Below, piece by piece: positions 1 to 18,458 of a stretch of DNA of 64,000 nt. The stretch lies in assembly GCF_009914755.1 (NCBI RefSeq), contig NC_060933.1; one strand, 5' to 3'. A model generated the notes under the pieces. It saw only the letters and a program-made list of their open reading frames with translations, did not search any database and was not told the origin of the DNA. The DNA comes from the human T2T-CHM13v2.0 reference genome, Homo sapiens. A program made the position numbers and the translations under genes. Positions within the stretch are counted from its first letter, which is position 1. The number at the start of each line of letters is the position of its first letter.

Positions 1-124
1 TATAGTGGACAGTTTTTCATGTAAACAAATACAGATTTTATCATCATTTTAAATGAATGTATAATATTTCACTGTACCTATGTATCACAACTTGAAAACA
101 AATTCCTACAGATAGACATTTTGG

Positions 125-258
125 TGTTTTGTTTTGTTTTTGGGACAGGGGTCTCACTATGTTGCCCAGGCTGGCCTGAAACTCCTGGACTCAAGTGTTC
201 CTCTCACCTCACCCTCCCGAGTAGCTGGGACTACAGGTGCACACCACTTTACCTGGCT
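125..258 (-). mobile_element. Alu monomer (FLAM-like)
   Basis: Single Alu-monomer homology with T-rich tail on + strand. Confidence 0.8.
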
Positions 259-279
259 GGTTGTACCTCTTTTTTATAG

Positions 280-640
<361 letters not shown>

Positions 641-819
641 CCCAAAGATTCTTTAGCATAGTTTTGCAAAACTGGGATTGCTGAATAATAGAACAGACAA
701 ACTTTCCGTATTTATAGCAAAATTGCCCACCATAAAACTTGGTATCAATGTGTACTCTCACAAACAAGGTGTTAGAATGCCCAGGCTTTTTCTTTTTTCA
801 TTTTAAGAGAGTAAAAATG

Positions 820-1510
820 ACTTTTTTTCTTTTGGTATACAGTTCTATGAATCTAAACACATGTATAGATTTGTGTTACCATGACCATAATTAGGATACA
901 GATCCATTTCATCTCCCAAAAAAATTCCCTTGCATGTTCTTTATAGCCACACCCTCTCCACACACCTAAACCCCTGGCAACCGCTGATCTATTCTCTGTC
1001 CCCATAATTTTGTCGTTTCAATAATGTTATATAAATGGAATCCTAGAGTATGAAATCCTTCAGACTGACTTCTTTTACTCAGCATAATGCTTTTGAGATT
1101 TATCCATATTTGTTGCATGCATCAATGGTTCTGGGGTTTTTAATATTATTATTATTATTGCTAAGTAGTATTTCATTACATGGATGTTGCACAGTTGGTT
1201 TATCCATTCACACATTAAAGGACATTTTCTCTCAGTTTTTGGCAGTTATGAATAGAGCTGCTATAAAGATTCACTTACAAGTTTTTTGTGTGCAAGTATA
1301 AATTTTCCTTTTCCTAGCATAAATACCCAGGAGCGAGATTGCTGAGTCATATGGTAAGCACATGTTTAACTTTACAAGAAACAGCTAAACTGTTCTCCAG
1401 GGTGGCTGTACCATTTTGTTTTCTCATCAGCAATGTCTGAGGGTTCCAATTGCCCCATATCCTTTTGAGCACTTGATATTTTCAGTATTTTTTACTTTAG
1501 CCATCCTAAT
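820..1510 (-). mobile_element. Old L1 (L1MB/L1M-type) 3' region fragment
   Basis: Typical antisense L1M motifs: cccctggcaacc..ctgatct, atataaatggaatc, aatacccaggag..gattgctg, ggctgtaccatttt. Confidence 0.8.
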
Positions 1511-1583
1511 AGATATATATGGGTATGAGTAAGCCTAGTTTTTCATCCCTTTTCAACAGTCTTATCAGTCTTTAACTTATGCC

Positions 1584-1586
<3 letters not shown>

Positions 1587-1620
<34 letters not shown>
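1587..1620. repeat. (TA)17 microsatellite
   Basis: Perfect dinucleotide run. Confidence 0.97.
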
Positions 1621-1626
<6 letters not shown>

Positions 1627-2274
1627 ATTATTGTTTTGATTTATATTTTCTTTGATTAAACTGAAAAATAATATGGATTAAATAAAAATAAAGATTAAAC
1701 ATCTTTTCATGTTTATCGGTGTTTAAAATCCAATGTTTATTCTTTCCTTATTTATCTGTTAAAAGCTCTTGTTAAACCAAGTGTTTCAACTTTCTGACTG
1801 TTACATGTGTTGCAAATATTTTTACCAGATTGCAATCTTATTTTAATCTGTAAATCTTTTCCTTTAGGGCGTCTGGCTTTGCTGTTTACAGATTCTTTCT
1901 CCATTTCAAGATGATAGAAATATTCAACTTCAAATTTCTTCAAGCACTTGCATAAATTATTAAGCATTTGACTTTATTGGTACCAGTCCCCTCCACCCAA
2001 GTCCAATGAGGGGAGACTCAGAAATGGGTTAAAGGTCACGGCAGTCAGCTGTACTTACTGTTTGATAATGAAAACTTTTTTCAAAAAGTGTTTCCTTGTC
2101 AGCAGGGATGATTTTATATAACCACATCAAAACATTTAGTAAAATATTCTGCTGAGATTTAAAGTAAAAAGTCAGAGATACAGCAGGGGTAGTAGGGACA
2201 TTGTTCTAATTCTTTGTGGGAAGGATGGGGTGGGGGTGAGGAGAGACTCCCTGGTGAAACTTTGCTAAGAATTA

Positions 2275-2580
<306 letters not shown>

Positions 2581-2968
2581 TTACAACTAATTACAGATTT
2601 TGCCTTTGCTACAAGTGTAGCTCAAATCTCCCCCTAAACAGTTGCTGGCATAGTCAAGTATACCTGGGTCAGTACCTCAGAGCCCTTGACTTGATTTTTT
2701 CTCCTTCTTTATCATGAGGCTTACCATCTCCTGCTGCAATGAATTAATATCCAAGCATTTGCTTTGTAGAACATCCTTACAGACACCTTTCTCACGTGTA
2801 GTGTTTCCACACTGGGTTCTTTTCCTTCATGTTGTTTACTCTCTTGCATATTAATTTTTTCTCTTTTCTGTAGCTTGCTTCTCTGGCTCTCCTCAACACC
2901 AATCCCAGTCATGGAGCCTCTTCCTCTGCCTTTATCCTGAAGATCACTTTTAGGGAAGCCTCTGCTTA

Positions 2969-3180
2969 GTTCACGCCATTCTCCTGCCTCAGCCTCCTGA
3001 GTAGCTGGGACTACAGGGGCCTGCCACCACACCCGGCTAATTTTTTGTATTTTTTTTTTTTTAGTAGAGACAGAGTTTCACCGTGTTAGCCAGGATGGTC
3101 TTGATCTCCTGACCTCGTGATCGGCCCACCTCTGCCTCCTAAAGTGCTGGGATTACAGGTGTGAGCCACCACGCCAGGCC
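2969..3180 (-). mobile_element. AluY 5' portion, truncated at ...GGCGTGAAC
   Basis: AluY diagnostics (ccgtgttagccaggatggtc, cacgccattctcc); the last ~90 nt and the tail are missing here. Confidence 0.9.
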
Positions 3181-3238
3181 AATTAGTTGTAACTCTTTAG
3201 TAAAATCAACTAATGGTTTGTCTATATGTTATACATAA

Positions 3239-3847
<609 letters not shown>

Positions 3848-4185
3848 TAGTGAAATGTTTATAAAATGTCAACAATTGATCCACAAGCCACAATAAGTGA
3901 AAGTAATGAGAAAATTATCAGGATAATTAGAGCCAAAAATAAGTTCTTTATATAAGCTTGAAGACAGAATCTCTGAATGCCCATAATTATCTATCTGATG
4001 ATGTTAACAATTGCTTTAGGCATTTTTTTTTCAGTAAACATTTACGGGGTACCACCCATGTCCCATACACCGTGCTAGGTCCTACCCATGCTTTGAAGTA
4101 GCTCTCAGCTTAGAAGAGGGAGAAAGCAAGTAAGAATTAACATTACATGAAACAAGCTATGAAGAAGGTAGAAGCCAGGAACTGA

Positions 4186-4579
<394 letters not shown>

Positions 4580-4731
4580 CTGAGCTGAGGATTTCTCCAG
4601 CATACATTTATGCCTTTACCCATTCAAAGGTTAGAAGAGCTTTCCAGGGCAGATGGGTAAAGGCATAAAAGCACAGGGAGTAGAGCAAAATAAGGTGGGT
4701 GCAGGCAAAGTCGCTTACTGGGTCTGGAGCC

Positions 4732-4813
4732 CAGGAAAGTCGCTCAGTAGGAAGTGGCATCAGTGAGGTAGGCAGGAAAGTCGCTCAGTAGGAAGTGGCA
4801 TCAGTGAGGTAGG
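4732..4813. repeat. Perfect 41-bp tandem duplication
   Basis: caggaaagtcgctcagtaggaagtggcatcagtgaggtagg twice (4732-4772, 4773-4813). Confidence 0.97.
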
Positions 4814-4974
4814 AAGGCTGTCCCAGGCCAGCTCAGAAAGGGCTGAGGAGCCATGCCAGAAGGCCTGGATTCACTGTGTCCCCTTCCCTTCTATTTTAGC
4901 CTAAAATAGGCTTATAATGAAAGAGGTCCCTATCTTCATTTGTCAAGTGAACCAAAACATCCTTGCTCTTGAGA

Positions 4975-5165
4975 CAGTATAGTAGGTAAGTGTGAACACT
5001 CTGAAACCATGTGATCTGGTTTTAAATCCCAGCCTTGACTCTTGAGTAGCTGAATGACCGTGGTCAAGTTATTTACTGTCTCTGTACCTCAGTTTTATCA
5101 TTTATAAAATGAGGGTAACAATAGTACTGCCCCATAGGTCTGTGGTAAGAATTCATGAGTCAATA
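4975..5165 (+). mobile_element. MIR SINE, 5'/core part (3' tail resumes at ~7829-7898)
   Basis: MIR core (aaatcccagc..., tctctgtacctcagtttt..at..taaaatgagg). Confidence 0.8.
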
Positions 5166-5416
5166 GAGTCATGCATTGCTTAACTACAAATATATTCTAA
5201 GAAATGAGTCCTTAGGTGACTCTGTCGTCATGCAAACATCATAAAATAAACTTACACAAACCTAGATGGTATAGGATACCACATCCCTATACCTAGGAAC
5301 AATATAGCCTATTGTTCCTAGGCTACGTAACCATATAGCATGTTACTGTACTGAATACAGTAGGCAATTGTAATACAGTGGTATTTGTGTATCTAAACAT
5401 AGAAAAGGTACATTAA

Positions 5417-5727
<311 letters not shown>

Positions 5728-5947
5728 TAAAAGATTTTTTAAATGGCACGCCTGTATAGGAAACTTACCATGAATGGAGCTTTCAGGACTGGAAGTTGCT
5801 CTGGGTGAGTCAGTGAGTGATGAGTGAATGTGAAGGCCTAGGATGTCACTGTACACTACTGTAGAGTTTATTAACACTGTAGAGTTACACTACATGTTTA
5901 TAAAAAAATTCTTTAATACTAAATCTTAGCTCACTGTAACTTTTTAA

Positions 5948-6546
<599 letters not shown>

Positions 6547-6613
6547 GATTCATTCATAATAACACTTAGCTTAAAACAAATACATCGTACAACTGTACAA
6601 ACATTTTCTTTCT

Positions 6614-6921
6614 GGCCGGGCACGATGGCTTACAACCGTAATCCCAGCACTTTGGGAGGCCGAGGAGGGTGGATCACCTGAGGTCAGGAGTTCAAGACAA
6701 GCCTGGCCAATATGATGAAACCCCATCTCTACTAAAAAGACAAAAGTTAGTTGGGTGTGGTGATGGGCGCCTGTAATCCCAGCTACTTGGGAGGTTGAGG
6801 CATGAGAATTACTTGAACCTGGGAATCAGAGGTTGCACTGAGCCAAGATTGTGCCACTGCACTCCAGCCCAGGTGATGGAGCGAGACTCTGTCTCAAAAA
6901 ACAAACAAACAAACAAACAAA
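6614..6921 (+). mobile_element. AluS-type SINE
   Basis: Full dimer with (AAAC)n tail; TSD aaacatt.tctttct. Confidence 0.93.
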
Positions 6922-7339
6922 ACATTGTCTTTCTTTATATCCTTATTCTATGAGCTTTTTTCTATTAAAAAAATTGTTTTAACTGATTAAACTTTGTTGT
7001 TAAAAACTAATATGTTAAAAACACACATATTAGCCTAGGCCTACACAGGGTCAGGATCATCACTATCATAGACTTCCACCTCACATCTTGTCCCACTGGA
7101 AGGTCTTCAAGGGCAGTAACATGCATGGAGCTTTCATCTCCTATGATAACAATGCCTTTCTTCTGGAATACCTCCTGAAGGACCTGTCTAAGCCTGTTTT
7201 ACAGTTAACTTTCTTTTTTCTTTTTAAATAAGTAGGAGTATACTCTAAAAAATAAAAAGTATAGTAAACACATAAACCAGTAACATACTGTTTATCATTA
7301 CCAAGTATTCTGTACTATACATACTTTTATTTGTTAGGC

Positions 7340-7738
<399 letters not shown>

Positions 7739-8054
7739 TAGGCAATAGGAATTTTTGTAATCTTATGGGGTCACCATCATACATTCTGTCAGTGGTGACC
7801 TAAACATCTTATGTGTCACATAACTGTACATGTAGAAGTACTTGGAATGTAGCTGATGAGTAATCAGCATTCAATAAATATTAGATCTTATTGTTATTGG
7901 ATGGTATTAGCATGTTCAGAAATTAATAATGTGCTTTTGTAAGTTTCTTTTTCATCATGTGTATTTCCACTGGCCTCCTATTAGGCCACATGTGATTTTT
8001 GTTTGCTTTTCACAGCCTTGCCCAACCCCCCACCCAGGACAAGATCCTTCCTTA

Positions 8055-8416
<362 letters not shown>

Positions 8417-8830
8417 TCACAGCCAGTTCAGCTGTGCTACCCAGGGTACCGCCTAGGCAGGGGAAGTCTCAGCCCAGGGCACCTGGATTATGACACTGTG
8501 AAGATAGACTTTCCATTCTAGAAAACGGGATACTTCCACTGGAGGCATTCCATTTAACTCTCTGAAACAGCAATCTGCCAACTCTGTGGGGAGTAAAAAT
8601 AATTTTTAAAAGTGTCCGTTATTAAGCGTGGGAGAGAATTCCGTGCCCAGGCAGGGAATAAGTGGACAGTTAAAAGGGGCACTTTCAAGTTTCTTCCAAA
8701 CTAATCACAAATAGGTGCAGTTAGTTGCCAGTTTGGCAAACTGTGTTTTATGGTCAGATTGATGATCTAGAATGACTTCTGCAAAGGTATGGTGGTTCAA
8801 GGACAGTAGAACACCAATTTAAGAGTTGTC

Positions 8831-8939
8831 TTTTTTTTTTTTTTTTTTTTCTGAGAAGGAGTCTGGCTCTGTTGCTCAGGCTGGAGTGCATTCTCTGGCT
8901 GGAGTGCAGTGGCACAATCTCGGTTCACCACGCCTGGCC
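8831..8939 (-). mobile_element. Alu with ~200-nt internal deletion
   Basis: Tail and 3' end fused directly to the 5'-most ~12 nt; TSD aagagttgt. Confidence 0.85.
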
Positions 8940-8963
8940 AAGAGTTGTGTCTTGCACATTTAA

Positions 8964-9206
<243 letters not shown>

Positions 9207-9589
9207 TAAAGGTTTGTTTCAGTGTCCTTAACTGTAGAACTTAGATGCCCAGAATGAGGAAAATCACATCCTGCTACAACTCGTGGTCCCAGAATGTACA
9301 GATACGAATCTGAGGAACAATTTATAAAATAATTTCATTTATTCTATATGAAGAGGGGAGCCTTAAAGACTGTATGAAACTTGAGAGCTATGAATTGCTA
9401 ATAAAAAGCAGAATCTCTAACCTCTCCCTTAGCTCTTTGGGGATTTTCTTTGCTTTCCTGAGTTAACTTATAGCTATTGCCTGTCAACTCCCTTCCAAGA
9501 ACATTACCCATCACCTTCTGTGGTCTATATATAAAATCTTGGCTTCCATTCTTTCCTAAGAAAATTTCCCATGAGGATATCTGTGGTTA

Positions 9590-9591
<2 letters not shown>

Positions 9592-9627
<36 letters not shown>
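9592..9627. repeat. (TG)18 microsatellite
   Basis: Perfect dinucleotide run. Confidence 0.97.
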
Positions 9628-9630
<3 letters not shown>

Positions 9631-10372
9631 GTAGCAGCTTTACAGATCAACACTTCAGTAAAACTAGAAAAACACCCTCACCATGCACTATCTAGTCATA
9701 ATGTCTTTATCTCACATCCAAAAGGCACCTTCTCTGGGGAGAACCACAATGTCAAGATTTCAAGCTGGCCAAGCCCAAGACAGACAGTCATGGATCAGCT
9801 GGTTATCAGGTACCTCTGGGGATATCTGAATGCTTCCTGTCTACACCTATAAATGGCTATAGGAATCCTGAACACTAGGTTTGTCTGAAAGTTGGACCAG
9901 ACATAGCAAGAAGTATTGCTAATTGGAATTCACAAGGGTAGCTGCTTAGTGAGTCAGTGTATCAGAGGAAAGGGAGTTACATATCACTCCTCTGAGAAAT
10001 ACCTTTGACAGAAATACCTATCATTATTTATGACTTGGATTCCAGGATACACAAAGAAGGGATGGGGGACAGAGTGTTTGCAGATGGAAGAAATAACACT
10101 GCTTCAGAGTTGAATGTTCAATTCTTCTCTGACACCAATCAATATGTGATTTGATTGCCATAGTTAGTGCTAATGTTTATTCAGTGACAATCTAGGAGAG
10201 GTTTCTACCTGAAGAAAGGAAAAAAAGTATATATACTTTTACACTTTTATAAAAATGTAAATACACACACATATACATATATATATGAATATGTACTTAT
10301 TCACCTTATTAAATAATTCAGATTCCTTTGTTGTCAATAATCAATTGGAAAATCTGTTCTGGGTCCAGTTAG

Positions 10373-10780
<408 letters not shown>

Positions 10781-11038
10781 TAGGGCAAAGTTCTAGCCCT
10801 CAGGGAATTTGAGAAAGCCAAACATCTGAGGGAAAATCTTAGCACAATATTAGAATCTTTAGCACATAGGATCTTTGCTTATTTGGTATTCCAATAAATC
10901 ACTGAATAAATAGATTTCATAGTCTTTATAGGCACATAATAGGTACAAGACAAAAATATTCCTTAATTACATGAGTCTAATTATAGTATCTTTTGGCCAC
11001 TATTCACTATCATCCTGCATGGGCATGGGGTGTGGTTA

Positions 11039-11503
<465 letters not shown>

Positions 11504-12480
11504 TCACACACAGCAATCCCTAAGAAATGCCCTAGGGTTCCACAAGGCACTGTTTGAAAACTATGTGCTGAGTAGGTATCCAAAATTCCCTCCAGCTCTG
11601 AAGGTCTGTATGGATGATGTTTAATCACTTCATTGATAACTGAGAAATCCTGGATTCATAACTTCACTTCTTAGGCTCTCAGTGGGCCAACTTGCAGGCA
11701 CAATGCCCATTTGCCCCTCCAGACTGTGAGCTCCTTTTCTTTACAGACTGGGTTTATTCAACCTTGTTTCCCCAATTCTTAACACAAAGCCTGGCAAGAA
11801 GTAAATAACAAGAGTGAACATGGAATGAATAAACAAATGTGCCTGAGAAGAAATAGGATTCCCCTAGGGGAAGACACTTAGAATTGTGGCGGCAGGAGTG
11901 TATGCTCTGATCACCTCCTAGCTGCCTACTTTCCTGGACACGCACACACACCTTACCCTTATTCTGGTCAAGAGGACAGCAGCTCTAGTGTAGAATGCTC
12001 TGTGTGAGTCTCTATTATTGATAACTGTGTTCTGGGGCTCCTTCCTATGGCAAGCACTTATTATTTAAACCTAAGGAAGATTACCTATTCTTATTCCATC
12101 CTCCGTTTATTCCCTGCCTTTTCTCCTTCTCCCTTAAGCTCAAAGTAGACACTCAATACGTGTTGGTGCCTTCCCCTATTCTCCACGTGATGAGATCTTT
12201 AAACTTTCCCCAAGTTGGTCAGGCTCCTCTGGGTCAGCTCCAGTTGGGGAACATCTTTCCTAAAGTCAGATACCTGGTTCCATCAACAGTGCTACTATGG
12301 GCGTAACCACTAGAAAGTACAGCTGAATGGGCATTTCCATCTGACAAGGATACTATTCTTATCCTCATCAGGATAAGGAACCTGTTTTATACAATTGACT
12401 CACATTGTGTTTGAAATTGACTAAAATGTTCTGGTCTTCAGAAAGTCAATTCTCCCTTATCCTATACTTATGCATTTTCA

Positions 12481-12825
<345 letters not shown>

Positions 12826-12891
12826 CTAAAATCATTGGTTACTTTTTGGATGCTGTTGCAACCTGAAATTTTTTTTTCTTAAAAAAATATT

Positions 12892-13482
<591 letters not shown>

Positions 13483-13645
13483 TTATATATATATGTATCT
13501 TGATATTCATTGTATTTGTTGTCTCTCAAAATGTTGTGTAAGGGCATGTATACATTTCATTTGAGTTATTGATAAAACTGCAAAGTTTTAGAGCCCTGTG
13601 GCATGCCATTATAGACCTCCTTTGAAGTTGCCTTTGGCCCATTAA

Positions 13646-14057
<412 letters not shown>

Positions 14058-14896
14058 TAAAAATTTCTCTCCTCTCAGTGTCAACTCTATCATAAAAGGA
14101 AAGAAGGTTAGTTTGGCATGGCTTGCTCTCAGTAAACCCATGCTCTTTCCTGTGCTATGTGTTTATAAAGCATCTGTTCACCATCTGATGCCAGCGATTG
14201 AACATCAAATTCACCAATTTTACGATTTTTTTCCTATCTTAAAAGTTAGATTTATTTCATTCACAACTAAATTTAGTTTTATTTTTATTAATAAAACATA
14301 ACAGATTTGGGCAAGACTTCGAATATAATGCATTTGCAGATAAAAATCTATGTTTATAGCTTGTGAGGGCCCTGATTCTATCACAACTTGAAAGTTGAGA
14401 AAACATGAGGCTCTAACCCATATGTTGCACCCCCTGGGTTGCTATGCCACTATATCCATCACTGTGTTTATGTGGTGTTTCCCTCGGTGTCCTTTGGTGC
14501 TCCCGTGTTTAATACTGGTGATAAGCACAAAGGCAGAGCCCAAACCTCAGACATATACAAGAGGTTGATGCAAATGATTTAATAATTGGTAGGAAAAGCA
14601 AGGTGACATACTAGAAAGAAATTACACCAAGATAGCAGCAGCCAAACAGCAGCTGTCCTATTCCAGTGTGGATGCACAATAAATACGACCTAGTAAGATG
14701 AGAAAGGCCAGCAGCAGCCTATATTATATTATTATACCCCACCCTGACCCCCAATATGTAATGTCAGTTCCATAGTTTATGGAATGAAACCAAATAAGCC
14801 CACATTCCCAACCACCACCACCCCCCTTTTTTTTTAATTAAAAGCAATAATTGTGAAGGGAAAGTGAAGGTAAAATTTTGCTCTTGTAACGTTCAT

Positions 14897-15197
14897 TTTG
14901 TTTCTTTTTTGAGATGGAGTTTTGCTCTTGTTGCGTGGGCTGGAGCATAGTGGCGCAACCTCAGCTTACTGTAACCTCTGCCTCCTGGGTTCAAGCAATT
15001 CTCCTGCCTCAGCTTCCTGAGTAGCTGGGACTACAGGCATGTACGTACCACCATGGCTGGCCAATTTTTGTATTTTTAGTAGAGATGGGGTTTCACCATG
15101 TTGACCAGGCTGGTCTCAAACTCCTGACTTCAGGTGATCCGCCCGCCTTGGCTTCCCAAAGTGCTAGGATTACAGGCGTGAGCCACCACACCTGGCC
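14897..15197 (-). mobile_element. AluS-type SINE
   Basis: Full dimer. Confidence 0.93.
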
Positions 15198-15904
15198 TTC
15201 ATATTTTTATTTAATGTGCTCTAGATCATGAAGATAAGAGCAGAAAGAGTGTTGGAAATTAAAACAACTAACTCCTGCTGCACCTTGAGCTGGTCTGCCT
15301 GCCTCAATGAAGCAGGCAGTTGAATTTGTGTGTGCATCCAAACAAACCCACATGCATTGGTTTTCCCTTGCATGCCTTGCAATTTCATGTTTCAAGAATT
15401 TTATATTCCTTTATGTAGGAAGCTGACAATCACAAAGGAGTGTCCTTAGAGTTTTTTCTAATTTTTATGTGCCTAACTATGCTTCATCCCACTCCCTTTT
15501 TATCTTCTCTCTTTCAGAAAAATTCTAATTGGACACCATGGAGTGAGTTTTCCTCTCTAGTTCAGATTATATTTACAAAATTGCTAGAAAAACACCAACA
15601 TTGCCTCACCCCCAGACAAAATATTACAAAGCAATCTCCTCTGTACAGCCAAATTACTGTCATGATCACACAGGAAACAAATGCAAAGTTACCCTCTCTT
15701 CTTCTCAAATTCTTAAGCAATTGAGGGCAAGGACCAAGAGAAAGAAAAACAAAAGTTGCTTTGATTGGGAAAAATATTTTGAGAAGTATTACGATGTGAG
15801 GTGTCTGACATAGTAAATTTTACTTAACCAGAATATTCAGGGAATGGGGCTCTAGTATTTGTTTTTGCTTGTTTACTTGCTTTTGTTTTAAATTCCCTAA
15901 TGTA

Positions 15905-16170
15905 AAAGATGCTGTGTTACTACATGATTCCATTTTCATGTTATTCTGGAAAAGGCAAAGCTAAAGAGTCAGAGGATAGATCAGTGGTTTCCAGGGTTTA
16001 AAGGTGAGAGGAAGCGTTGACTACAAAGAGACAGCACAAGGGTGCTTTTTCGGGTGTGGAGCAATTCCGCATTTTAATTTTGGTGGTGATTCCATGAGTG
16101 TATGTATGTTTCAAAGCACGTGGAAATACACAGTAAAAAGAGTGAATTTTTCTGTAATAAAATTAAAAAT
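15905..16170 (+). mobile_element. Old L1M 3'-end fragment
   Basis: atgattccattt...ttctggaaaaggcaaa...agatcagtggtt.ccaggg motif. Confidence 0.75.
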
Positions 16171-16341
16171 AAACAACTGCAGTAAAATATTAAGTTGTGT
16201 GATGAAGAAGGAAGACTACTGAATCGCGATTTAAGTGACCTAAGGTGACTCCTGCTAGCTACATCCCCCTTTCTAGCACTAAAGACAAACGTACTTTTGC
16301 TTTTATTCTTATTACTAGAAATCTTTCTAATTTTACTTTAG

Positions 16342-16445
16342 GATATGCGCCTACCATAGGAAGTAGAACATTCAAGACGAAAACATCAACTGTCCTTGGT
16401 GTTTCAGTCTTCGGGACCTCTTTGTCACATTCTGGGATACAGAAG
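16342..16445 (+). other. Candidate internal exon (104 nt), coding status unknown
   Basis: Acceptor ttctaattttactttAG and donor AAG|gtaact in non-repeat DNA. Confidence 0.35.
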
Positions 16446-17210
16446 GTAACTACCAGCATGGGACCTCCCCATCTGAATGCTCACCCTTCCCTGTCCTTCC
16501 CTGGTGCTTTCCACCTCCACAAGCTATCATATTTTATAGATTTACCAAAGTCTTAATGCATTTAATTATTTACACATTTTATTGTACGCAAAATTAACAA
16601 TTACATTCTTAGATGCACTGAATGAGTTCAACAATCAAGCACTTGAGAGAGCAACATACGGTTCTGTGATTGGATTTAGCAACACAGAGACATTTATACT
16701 GAATTGTCCTCCTGCCCATATTCTCTGCAACTCTCAGCTCTGCCTGTTTCCTGTAAACAGCTTTTATGCTAGAGCAGGCATCTCCAACAGTGAATCAAGA
16801 GAAATCCTTCTATCAGACAGTCATGCATTGTTAACTATCATGCACTGAGGTGTTCTTTGTTAGAAAAATATTTCTTGTATGCTTTTACAGGTTCATGAAT
16901 GATATATCCTCAGCATTTCTATATAATTAGTCCCAGGGTATTTTTACATATCTCATTCCCAATTCGTCTTCCATTTCATCAGTGTTCTCTGTCTTTAGAC
17001 TTGGTCTCCTCAAGTCTCCGTTCTGTTTCACTAGCTTGTCTTGTATGATTTTTTAGGGCTCATTGACACAGTTAAGCCATTTTTGCTTCTTATAACTTTT
17101 GACTAAGTAAACTGGTACACAATCACTTGATGATAGCATATTGATTGATGACAGTTATCAAGTGAAAAATTTGCCCAGCAGAACCTTAGTGCAGTGTGTC
17201 TAAGCATTTT

Positions 17211-17212
<2 letters not shown>

Positions 17213-17261
<49 letters not shown>

Positions 17262-17300
17262 CATACATACATAGATACATAGATACATAGATACATAGAT

Positions 17301-17357
<57 letters not shown>
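17213..17357. repeat. Compound tetranucleotide STR (AGAT)12(ACAT)3(AGATACAT)3 AGAT T (AGAT)14
   Basis: Read directly from the sequence. Confidence 0.95.
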
Positions 17358-17359
<2 letters not shown>

Positions 17360-17645
17360 ACAATATCTTTCACATTTCATTTGTTTCTGGTGATACCCAA
17401 GTTCCAGAGTTTCTAGCAGAGACTGTAGATCTATACAAAATGGGGAGGAAAAGTCTTCCAGTCAGAAGTTATCCCTGACTCCTCCTTCTCCATCACCCTT
17501 CACCTCCTACTGGTTGCCACCTCTTGTCAGCTCCCTCACTTCTCTGCATCACTCTGGCCCTGCCCTCCTGGAAAAGGCTTCGACCCTCTCTATTCCTGGA
17601 CCACAGCCATTTGCCTATGGCTGTGGAAAGTACTCAGTAAATATT

Positions 17646-17822
17646 GGCTGGCTGGCTGGCTGGCTGGCTGGCTGCATAAAAGGATGGAGGAAAGGGAAGG
17701 AAGGAAGGAAGGTAGGAAGGAAGGAAAGGAAGGAAGGAAGGAAGAAAGGAAGGAACGAAGGAAGGAAAGGAGGGAGGGAGGGAGGGAAAATGGAAACAAG
17801 AAAAAAAGAAAAAGAAAAAAAG
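17646..17822. repeat. (GGCT)7 followed by a GGAA/GGGA purine-rich low-complexity tract
   Basis: Direct read; follows an L2-like 3' end (tactcagtaaatatt). Confidence 0.9.
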
Positions 17823-18095
17823 GAATAGTTCTTTTTGATACCATGTGGATAGAGTACTTGGAAATCAGAAATGACCAGGCTATGAAGCATCTAATTTCCC
17901 AGCTCTCTGGATAGGAGAATGAGCCCAAAGAAATAATTTTTGCCCACCCCAAGGGTTCCCACTATCCATATGGATAGTCAGCATTTGGTGATTAACGATA
18001 TTTCACATCCCACCAACAAAAAGTAGAGAAAAAAATCAATCTCTCACATGGTCCTCTGGGAAGGTGGTGAGGCGTTGGTGCCTCTTACTGGCAGA

Positions 18096-18180
18096 CTCCG
18101 CCCACCTCCATACTCACAGCTCCCTATATAGCCCTCATGCATATGGCTGCATGAGTCATCCTGACCCTTAGTAACCTTTG
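18096..18180. promoter_or_regulatory. Candidate compact promoter/enhancer (GC box, TATA/CArG-like, AP-1)
   Basis: ctccgcccacc 18096-18106; cctatatagc 18123-18132; atgagtcat 18151-18159. Confidence 0.3.
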
Positions 18181-18458
18181 TTGCCTGATTTCCTGTTCTT
18201 TCAAATGAGAAAGCTCTACTACATCATTTCTCGGAGAGACCTAAGTCCTCACCTGCCTGGGAGTCTGAAACCTCTGCCCTGGAAAGCCATGCTAGCCAAA
18301 AATCAGCAGCCAGGGCTATACATTGATAAACTAACTAAAGTAACAAGGTTTAAGCGAGAAATTCACTCTTAAAACATCGCTCTTTGTTGGTAGAAATGGA
18401 GCCCCTCACATAAAAGTATGTTGATCATAGTTCTGTTAACTAAGAACTTTTTTTTTTT

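Noticed and set aside
17103-17952. ORFs rich in YLSI, SFLP or RKEG repeats
   Set aside because: Translations of GATA and GGAA microsatellites.
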